This document shows positions 7,703-14,403 of a stretch of 20,000 nucleotides of DNA, one piece after another. The stretch is from an uncultured virus (IMG/VR IMGVR_UViG_3300013233_000702) (lineage: Duplodnaviria > Heunggongvirae > Uroviricota > Caudoviricetes). Position numbers and translations under genes: made by a program. Position 1 is the first letter of the stretch. Each line of letters starts with the position of its first letter. The stretch lies in the IMG/VR virus record IMGVR_UViG_3300013233_000702, one strand, 5' to 3'. The notes below the pieces were generated by a model, which searched no databases, had not been told where the DNA came from, and saw only the letters and a list, made by a program, of their open reading frames with translations.

Positions 7703-8712
7703 ATCGCCAGCTCCGCTATCAGCCGGTCAATCCTGCCGGTAAACGACTCGTGTGGCCTGTTGCGCTGCGCATCTACTGCTTCCTTTGCCTTCCTGGCCGT
7801 CTCATCCTGTTCTTCCTCCTCTTCGCCAGGCGGCGCGGTCCACTCCCGTTCTTCCTCAGCTTCTGGCTCACCCTCTGCTTCCGGCTCTCCATGAGGGGCT
7901 TCATTGCGGGCCACTGGCCTTGACTCGGGGGTCTCCGGTCGCTCCGGTGGTGCCTCGCGCCCTGCCTCGCGCCCTGCCTCGGGAGCCTCTGGCCGCTCCG
8001 GTGGGACCTCACGCTCCGGTGGGACCTCACGCTCCGGTGGGACCTCACGCTCCGGTGGGACCTCGCGCCCTGCCTCGGGAGCCTCTGGCCGCTCCGGCGG
8101 GACCTCACGCTCCGGCGGTGCCTCGCGCCCTGCCTCGCGCTCTGCCTCGGGACGGGCCTCCGGCCTCTCTATGCGGCCAGCGCGATAGTCCCTGACTCTC
8201 GGCTCCTCCGTCTCCGGGCCGAGCTCACCAGGCAGCGGCTCGTTGGTCGGAATGCGCCTATTCGCACGCTCTGCCCTCTTGATGGCCTCCCGCCTCCTAG
8301 CAAGCCTCTCGGAGCGCTCGTCCTCTCCCCGCGTGGACAGCTCCTTGCTGGTCATGAAGCGCAGAGTGCCGGGGGACACGGAATCCACATGCTTGGCATC
8401 GTACGTCCGGTAGTAGTTCCCAAAGACATCGCCCATCAGGCGCCGACCCGTCCAGTACCTGCGCCTGAGGTTCCTACTCCGAAGTATCTCTGGAAGATAA
8501 TAACGCAGCTTGTCGAGCTGGTCGTCGGACAGATAGTTCAGGTTGATTCCGCCCACTAGCGCATTGCGGGTACCCGGACTGACCCAGGTGCCGAGCTTGA
8601 GGATCCTTGGCCTGGGGTCCACGCCGAAGTTATCATAGTCGAACTCGGCAGTACGCCCATAGCCCTCGATTATGGGCCTGAGACAGGCCGCGTGGACGAG
8701 ATACAGCTTCAT
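7693..8712 (-). CDS. T4 gp2-like (DNA end protector-like) domain plus long Glu/Pro/Arg low-complexity repeat tail
   Basis: N-terminal FDY...DPRPRIL...GGINLNYLS...RY...YRTYDAKHV resembles the gp2 family pattern (D-FP-I...GLNLHYL...KRY...V). Start placed at ATG 8712, just after the CAAAGATA motif; the track gives 8730. Confidence 0.6.
   Translation of the reverse strand: MKLYLVHAACLRPIIEGYGRTAEFDYDNFGVDPRPRILKLGTWVSPGTRNALVGGINLNYLSDDQLDKLRYYLPEILRSRNLRRRYWTGRRLMGDVFGNYYRTYDAKHVDSVSPGTLRFMTSKELSTRGEDERSERLARRREAIKRAERANRRIPTNEPLPGELGPETEEPRVRDYRAGRIERPEARPEAEREAGREAPPEREVPPERPEAPEAGREVPPEREVPPEREVPPEREVPPERPEAPEAGREAGREAPPERPETPESRPVARNEAPHGEPEAEGEPEAEEEREWTAPPGEEEEEQDETARKAKEAVDAQRNRPHESFTGRIDRLIAELAIWR
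7934..8160. repeat. Coding minisatellite with 18-bp core CGCTCCGGTGGGACCTC(A/G) in 4 tandem copies at 7994-8065, plus related 12-bp and longer units
   Basis: Directly visible. It encodes EVPPER, EAGR and PPERPEAPEAGR repeats on the minus strand; unit lengths are multiples of 3. Confidence 0.9.
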
Positions 8713-8717
8713 GCAAC

Positions 8718-8725
8718 TATCTTTG
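8718..8725 (-). promoter_or_regulatory. Putative promoter motif CAAAGATA, 5 nt upstream of ATG 8712
   Basis: Identical to 1097-1104; lies in the 41-nt divergent gap, back-to-back with GTACCTA. Confidence 0.5.
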
Positions 8726-8740
8726 AACATCGGGGAGCAC

Positions 8741-8747
8741 GTACCTA
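8741..8747 (+). promoter_or_regulatory. Putative promoter motif GTACCTA, 6 nt upstream of ATG 8754
   Basis: One-mismatch variant of GTACATA, at similar spacing before a glycosyltransferase start. Confidence 0.45.
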
Positions 8748-8753
8748 GACGAC

Positions 8754-10349
8754 ATGAACGCCATAGTGACGATAGCCATCGGGAGCGCGCACCAGCGCAT
8801 CTTCAGGGTCACCCGGCCCACCATTGAGTCCTACGCCACAAGGACCGGCTCGGACCTCGTCGTGATCGACCAGGTCAAGGAGTCCACGACCACCCCGCAC
8901 TACGAGAAGCTGCAGCTGGGCAGGCTGCTCACAAAGTACAGGCGCATCGTATACCTCGACGCGGACCTGATAGTCCGGGACGACTGCCCGGACCTATTCA
9001 AGGTAGTCCCGGAGGACCACGTGGGGCTGTTCAACGAGGCACCCTACGTAGAGGACGATCTTGGACTGACCATGAGGGAGGCCTCCAAGGTCTTCAGGAT
9101 ACCACTGAAGGACTGGGACGGAGACTACTACAACACCGGAGTCATGATCATCTCCAGGATGCACCGCGACCTGTTCACGAAACCGGTCACCCAGAACATC
9201 TATCACCACTTCGAGCAGAGCTACCTCAACCTGCGCATACAGCAGACGCACACCAGGGTGCACCGCCTGGACTATCGGTACAACAGGATCAAGGCCCTAG
9301 ACAGGCACCTCGGAGAACATCGCCTCAACAGCTACATCATACACTACGCAGGCATACTGTACAACACGCACCTCATCGCCGCCCACGACCTCGAACGGTG
9401 GTCCGCAGGAATAAGGAACGTCCCCCTCAAGGCCACCTACGCCATAGGAGCAAGGCTAGGAGATGTGATAGAGGCCGAGCCAGTGATAAGACACCTGATC
9501 GGACTGCACCCTGGACACGAGACGACCATAGTGACGAGCGAGCCTGACGTCTTCGCGCACCTGCAGGACCGCACCAGGATACTGACCTTCGACGAATACT
9601 CGCCGGGACCGGACGAGGCAATGCTTACCGTCGACCTAATGACCAAGGACGACGACCGGGCAAGGAAGTACATGAGTCCAGACAGGATGCACGTCGTGGA
9701 CTGGTACGCCCTCCGCGCCACCAGGGGAACGATCCCAGACGAGCACAAGCGCATCGGAATGAAGGTCACGGCAGAAGGGCTTGCCGACGCCATGACCACC
9801 GCCTCTGACCAAGGTTGCGACCTCAAGGAGACAGTCCTCGTCCATCCAGGACGGGGGTGGCCGTCAAAGACCTTCCCGGCGGAATGGTGGCAGCAGGTAC
9901 TGGACGGCCTGTCCAGGAAGGTCCGGACGGCGGTGATAGGCAGGACAGTGAAGGAGGAGTATGCAGAGTCCGGTACGGTCGAGCTTAAGCTCCCTGACGG
10001 AACCGGAGACCTCCGGGACCGTCTCGACCTACCGGGCCTGAACGCCGCACTATCCCTGGCACCAGTCCTCCTGACCAACGACTCAGCACCCATGCACGCA
10101 GCCGGCGCGTTCGACAACTGGATAGTGCTAATCCCAACCTGCAAGCACCCAGACCACGTCCTCCCCTGGCGCACGTCCAACCACAGGCACAGGACTACCG
10201 TGTTGACCGGCAAGCCCATGTGGCCGCTGATAACGAGGCTATCGGAGGTGCCCGAAGGCCACAGCATCTCCGAATTCCTTCCGGAACCGGACAAGGTGGT
10301 CGAGGAGACCCTGCGGGCATACGAGACGATGAAATGCGCAAGGCCCTAG
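8754..10349 (+). CDS. Two-domain glycosyltransferase: GT8-like (GT-A) + GT9-like (GT-B), 531 aa
   Basis: N-domain has HYEKL, IVYLDADL (DxD), YNTGVM, EQSYLN, YN and IIHYAG. C-domain has LGDVI, LVHPGRGWPSKTFP..WW, DLRDRL and LTNDSAPMHAAGAF. Confidence 0.9.
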   Translation: MNAIVTIAIGSAHQRIFRVTRPTIESYATRTGSDLVVIDQVKESTTTPHYEKLQLGRLLTKYRRIVYLDADLIVRDDCPDLFKVVPEDHVGLFNEAPYVEDDLGLTMREASKVFRIPLKDWDGDYYNTGVMIISRMHRDLFTKPVTQNIYHHFEQSYLNLRIQQTHTRVHRLDYRYNRIKALDRHLGEHRLNSYIIHYAGILYNTHLIAAHDLERWSAGIRNVPLKATYAIGARLGDVIEAEPVIRHLIGLHPGHETTIVTSEPDVFAHLQDRTRILTFDEYSPGPDEAMLTVDLMTKDDDRARKYMSPDRMHVVDWYALRATRGTIPDEHKRIGMKVTAEGLADAMTTASDQGCDLKETVLVHPGRGWPSKTFPAEWWQQVLDGLSRKVRTAVIGRTVKEEYAESGTVELKLPDGTGDLRDRLDLPGLNAALSLAPVLLTNDSAPMHAAGAFDNWIVLIPTCKHPDHVLPWRTSNHRHRTTVLTGKPMWPLITRLSEVPEGHSISEFLPEPDKVVEETLRAYETMKCARP

Positions 10350-11518
10350 TGACCGTAGCGATAGGCGACTACTTCAGGAAGATGGCGCGCATCTCCTATC
10401 CGGGCATGCTGAAGTATGCAATGCGGACCGGAGCAGAGATGCTCGTCTTCACCGATCCTGTCTACGACCAGCATCAGTTCGACAAGATGCGCGCCTGCGC
10501 AGAAGCCCTCAAGAGGTTCGACCGCATCCTCTACATGGACGTAGACTGCCTGATCCACGAGGAATGCCCAGACCTCTTCGAGCTCGTTCCGCAGGACCGG
10601 CTGGGCGCAATGGACGAGGGAAGGCACGCTACGGACGAGCAGAGATCGGTCCATGCCGGCCTGATGAGGACTGCGGCTGTCGCCTACGGCATGGAGGAGA
10701 CCTCCGAGTTCCACAACACCGGGGTGCTGGTGGCCTCGAGACAGCATGCGTCCGCCTTCCACGTGCCGAAGGTCGTGGAGATGCCGTACGGCGAGCAGCC
10801 CCTCTTCAACCTCAACTGCGCAGCGAACGGCATCCAGCTGCACGACATAGGCCCGGACTTCAACAGGATGCCCTATCACGGACGCCTTAGCCTTGGCGAA
10901 CCATGGATTAGGCATTATGCCGGAATGACCGACGCGCTGCAGAAGATGAGAACGGACCTGCCAGTCCACACTAGACCCAACCTGCTTACACCATCGGACA
11001 GGGAGGCAGTACCGGAGGTCCTGGGCCTCGGAGGCGCGTCGTGCGTCGAGGTAGGAAGCTATGCAGGAGAGTTCGCGGCCCGGATCCTGGAGCAGGGTCC
11101 GTCCGATCTGTGGCTCGTGGACCCATGGGAGGTTCAGGACCTCGAGACCTGGCCAGACGACCATGCTAGGAAGGCAAACCTGGATGGCATGTTCTACGAG
11201 GTCTTGAAAAGGTTCAGCGGTGACGACCGAGTGCACGTCTTGAGAACGAGGTCTCTGGACGCCTGTAGTGCCTTCCGGGACGGATCACTCGACTTCGTGT
11301 ACGTGGACGCCGTGCACACCCTGGAGGGCGTCCTTACGGACTGCACGGCGTGGTGGCCGAAGCTTCGCCGAGGCGGCTGGTTATGCGGTCATGACTATAC
11401 TGGGAGGTTCCCTGGCGTAAAGATGGCGGTCGATGCCTTCTGCAGGACGGTCAGGGCCGACCTTGGTCTTCTAACGACGGAGGCTGCATGGGCGTCATGG
11501 GGTGTGCGAAGGACGTGA
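10334..11518 (+). CDS. GT8-like glycosyltransferase fused to class I SAM-dependent methyltransferase (Methyltransf_24-like), 394 aa
   Basis: The probable start is ATG 10334 (MRKALVTVAIG, homologous to the paralogues' starts). GT part has ILYMDVD, HNTGVL, EQPLFN and HYAG. MTase part has VEVGSYAG, LVDPW, LDFVYVDAVH and GGWLCGHDY. Confidence 0.9.
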   Translation: MRKALVTVAIGDYFRKMARISYPGMLKYAMRTGAEMLVFTDPVYDQHQFDKMRACAEALKRFDRILYMDVDCLIHEECPDLFELVPQDRLGAMDEGRHATDEQRSVHAGLMRTAAVAYGMEETSEFHNTGVLVASRQHASAFHVPKVVEMPYGEQPLFNLNCAANGIQLHDIGPDFNRMPYHGRLSLGEPWIRHYAGMTDALQKMRTDLPVHTRPNLLTPSDREAVPEVLGLGGASCVEVGSYAGEFAARILEQGPSDLWLVDPWEVQDLETWPDDHARKANLDGMFYEVLKRFSGDDRVHVLRTRSLDACSAFRDGSLDFVYVDAVHTLEGVLTDCTAWWPKLRRGGWLCGHDYTGRFPGVKMAVDAFCRTVRADLGLLTTEAAWASWGVRRT

Positions 11519-12129
11519 GGGTGTGGACGATGGTCGTAGGAGACTATCTTCCGGAACTGTGCGAAGTGACGGTCCCGACCATCGAGGCATATGCCGACCG
11601 GATAGGTGCGGACTTTCGGACCATAACCGAGCGCAGGCACCCGGACTGGCCGATGACCTACGAGAAGGTACAGCTGTACAGTGAGTCCAGGGATGGCTGG
11701 ACGATATTCATCGATGCGGACACGGTGGTCGGAGAGAAGATGCCCGACGTAACCAGGCACGTGCCGCCGGGGCACGTCGCCTTTCACATGGCGTACGACG
11801 CCGGCAAGATCCTGCCCCACGACTATTGGCTTATGCAGGACGGACGGAACGTGGGAGTGGGAACTAGCTTCATGGCCTTCCAGCACGGACAGCGGTGCCT
11901 TCTCGAGCCGTTCAAGGAGCCGTTCTCCACCGTCCAGCGCAGGATGCTGACTGCCGGAACGAGGCTGCATATAGCGGACGAGTACTGCGCAAGCAGGAAT
12001 CTGGCACGGCACGGCCTGGACTTCATCGGGATCTCCCAGATATCGAGTGACTTCCTTCACCTGGATGCCACCACGGACGGCCATGAGGAGGCACTTGCCA
12101 GGGCAGCTTCATGGCTCGACGGACAGTGA
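11488..12129 (+). CDS. Single-domain GT-A glycosyltransferase-like protein (~210 aa)
   Basis: Shares PTIEAYADRIGADF, YEK and IFIDADT (DxD) with the neighbouring GT8-like domains but diverges C-terminally. The exact start is uncertain (11488 or 11497). Confidence 0.8.
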   Translation: MGVMGCAKDVRVWTMVVGDYLPELCEVTVPTIEAYADRIGADFRTITERRHPDWPMTYEKVQLYSESRDGWTIFIDADTVVGEKMPDVTRHVPPGHVAFHMAYDAGKILPHDYWLMQDGRNVGVGTSFMAFQHGQRCLLEPFKEPFSTVQRRMLTAGTRLHIADEYCASRNLARHGLDFIGISQISSDFLHLDATTDGHEEALARAASWLDGQ

Positions 12130-13692
12130 GAGAACCTTCTGCACGACCTCTTCTGGTTCCGGAAGATAGTCGAGTATGTCCCCGTACACCCAGTCTATGG
12201 TCTGGGTATGGACTTGGGTCGGCGTGGAGTCGGGCATGGTGAGCATGCGGTAGAGGGACATGGCGCGCCAGTTCTGTCTTCCATGCCTGTAGGGGAGGAC
12301 GTGATCCGGGTGCTTGCAGGTGGGGATCAGCACGATCCAATTGTCGAACGCGCCGGCCAGGTGCACAGGGGCGGAGTCGTTCGACAGCAGGACCCCTGCC
12401 TTCGAGATAGCGCATGCGGTCGCTCCGAGCGAGAGCAGGTTCACGGCGTCCTTGACTCTCCCGTCCAGGCCGTCCATCTCGACGATACCCTGTTCGTTGG
12501 AGACATGCTTGCCGATCAGGACTACCGGCCTGTCGGACGCTATACCGTTGATCACTTCCCTCCACCATCCGGCCGGGAAGGTCTTGGAGGGCCATCCCCG
12601 GCCCGGGTGCACCAGGACCGTGTCCTTGGTCACTTCGCCGAAGTTCTCGCTGAGCTCCTGTTCGTCCTCAGGGCCGAGGTCTATCCTGATGGTGCGGTCC
12701 TCGACTGGAATGGTGCCGCGCAGGCACATTATGCTGCTGTAGTCGGTCGAGTGCATGAGGTTGGGGGAGACGTACTGCCATGATGGGCAGCCATGCTTGG
12801 CCATGGTATGCATCTCGTAGTAAGGCTCGTCCGGTTCCGGAACGAACTCCCCCATGCGGTAGAGCTCGACCGGAAGGTGCCGGAATAGCCTGGGGTACCA
12901 TGTCGCGAGGTGCACGTCGGCGTCGGGGTAGGCCTTTTCGACGACGTACCTGACGGCGGGCTCAGCGCATGCTTCGTCTCCTATTCCGCCGTGTACCTGG
13001 ACGTATATCCTCCTGCGGTACTCGTAGTCGGGGGCGTCCTGGGACCATCTCTTCAGGTCCTTGCCGACGAGGTCGATGACCTGTGCGTGGCTCGGGCATC
13101 CGGCGTAGTGGACGATGTAGCTTGCGAGGCGGTGCTGGCCGGTGAGGGGGTCCATGACGGTCATGCGGTTGAAGCGGTAGTCGAGCTGGTGGACTGGCAC
13201 CTTGCGGTCGTGGATCAGGGCGTTCAGGTAGGTCTGTTCGTAGAAGTTGCAGACCTCCTGGGCCGGCTTTCGGAAGAGGTGCTTGTGCATCCTGGACACT
13301 ACGGTCACGCCGGTGTTGTAGTAGGTTCCCTTCCAGCCGTCGAGGTTGACGTTATATTGTTCGCGGATGAGCTGCATGGCTCCGGACCTGTCTGCGTAGG
13401 CCCCTTCGTTGAAGGCTCCTAGCTTGTCAGGTGGAACTTCCTCGAACAGGTCCGGGCAGTCGTCCCTTATTATGAGGTCGGTATCGAGCAGGAGTATCCT
13501 GTCGTACCTGTTGAGTAGGGAGTGTGCCTGGAACTTCTCGAAGTGGGGATAGGTGGTTGAGACTAGCGGCTTGTTGGCCACTATGAGGTCTGCGCCTATC
13601 CTGTCGGCGTATGCCTCGATGGTGGGGTGGGTGTGTTCGGCGAGCTTCTGGGCGTGCTCGCCAATGGCTATGGTGAATATGGCCCTCTTCAT
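12109..13692 (-). CDS. Two-domain glycosyltransferase: GT8-like + GT9-like, 527 aa; paralogue of 8754..10349
   Basis: LLLDTDL (DxD), YNTGV, EQTYLN and HYAG, then GIGDE, LVHPGRGWPSKTFP and SNDSAPVHLAGAFDNWIVLIPTCKHPDHVLP. It is collinear with the + strand paralogue over its full length. Confidence 0.9.
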   Translation of the reverse strand: MKRAIFTIAIGEHAQKLAEHTHPTIEAYADRIGADLIVANKPLVSTTYPHFEKFQAHSLLNRYDRILLLDTDLIIRDDCPDLFEEVPPDKLGAFNEGAYADRSGAMQLIREQYNVNLDGWKGTYYNTGVTVVSRMHKHLFRKPAQEVCNFYEQTYLNALIHDRKVPVHQLDYRFNRMTVMDPLTGQHRLASYIVHYAGCPSHAQVIDLVGKDLKRWSQDAPDYEYRRRIYVQVHGGIGDEACAEPAVRYVVEKAYPDADVHLATWYPRLFRHLPVELYRMGEFVPEPDEPYYEMHTMAKHGCPSWQYVSPNLMHSTDYSSIMCLRGTIPVEDRTIRIDLGPEDEQELSENFGEVTKDTVLVHPGRGWPSKTFPAGWWREVINGIASDRPVVLIGKHVSNEQGIVEMDGLDGRVKDAVNLLSLGATACAISKAGVLLSNDSAPVHLAGAFDNWIVLIPTCKHPDHVLPYRHGRQNWRAMSLYRMLTMPDSTPTQVHTQTIDWVYGDILDYLPEPEEVVQKVLSLSVEP

Positions 13693-13699
13693 GGGGCCT

Positions 13700-13706
13700 T
13701 ATGTAC
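13700..13706 (-). promoter_or_regulatory. Putative promoter motif GTACATA, 7 nt upstream of ATG 13692
   Basis: Identical to 1057-1063. It fills the 13-nt intergenic gap and shares its G with the upstream TAG; no SD in the gap. Confidence 0.5.
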
Positions 13707-14041
13707 TAGGCAGTCTGTAGTTCGAGTAGTCCTGACTCTCCTGCTCCTTCCGGGGACGCGTCGGCGGTCGCCTTGACGGGTTCGGCCTCCTTGTGCTCCT
13801 GCTGAGCGACGGACATGGGTCCGTTCTCCTCAGGCGGCACTGCCATCATACATCCTGACTCGTAGGCGTCGACGGCGGCCTTCATGAGGACGTTGGCTTC
13901 TTCGGGCGTCACCTTGGAGGCGGCGTGCTCGTGGCTCTTGAGGCTGTTACGGACTGCGCGGCTGAGCAGGCGGGCATTCATGCTTGCCTCCAGGCAGCGC
14001 GCGATGGCCCTGGCCAGCCTCTGGTCGTGTTCCTGTGCCAT
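13706..14041 (-). CDS. Hypothetical protein (111 aa)
   Basis: Starts 1 nt after the upstream stop (TGA-C-ATG); helical N-terminus and acidic disordered tail. Confidence 0.7.
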   Translation of the reverse strand: MAQEHDQRLARAIARCLEASMNARLLSRAVRNSLKSHEHAASKVTPEEANVLMKAAVDAYESGCMMAVPPEENGPMSVAQQEHKEAEPVKATADASPEGAGESGLLELQTA

Positions 14042-14042
14042 G

Positions 14043-14393
14043 TCATTCGCCCCTGATCTGGTCCTTAGTCTTTAGGTACACGAGTAGTTCGTTCTGCTTT
14101 ATGGTGTCCCGTTCTATGGAGGCCTTGAGCTCGCCGAGGAGCTTGTTCTGCTCTTCGGTGCGCATGGAGCTGGCCTCTATTATGGTGCTGAGCTCTGCGG
14201 TTCTCTTGACCTCGTCATCGTGGAACTTCTCGAGCTGCTTGATGAGGTGCTTGCGCTCCTTGAACATGATCCAGAACATGAAGGTTGAGAAGATAAGCAG
14301 GAGCGCCATCAGGAAGGCAGCTGCTCCATATTCCCTGTATGCGTCGAGGACGTCCACGATGTCGGATGCAGCGCTGGCGAGGAAGTGTTCCAT
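14043..14393 (-). CDS. Single-TM membrane protein with coiled-coil C-terminus, BhlA/UviB holin-like (116 aa)
   Basis: EYGAAAFLMALLLIFSTFMFWIMFKERK (G-led TM helix then charged residues) is followed by an amphipathic coiled coil. It lies just downstream of the fibre gene, a typical holin position, and has a GGAG SD. Confidence 0.55.
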   Translation of the reverse strand: MEHFLASAASDIVDVLDAYREYGAAAFLMALLLIFSTFMFWIMFKERKHLIKQLEKFHDDEVKRTAELSTIIEASSMRTEEQNKLLGELKASIERDTIKQNELLVYLKTKDQIRGE

Positions 14394-14403
14394 GGGTGCT
14401 CCA

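Noticed and set aside
7934..8160. CRISPR-like short repeats
   Set aside because: The units are tandem with no unique spacers, are multiples of 3 and lie inside an ORF; no cas genes are present.
9437..13422. Antisense ORFs over the GT cluster (9437..10294, 10346..11236, 11395..12084, 12208..12783, 12910..13422)
   Set aside because: They fully overlap genes with clear family motifs on the opposite strand and are typical high-GC shadow ORFs.
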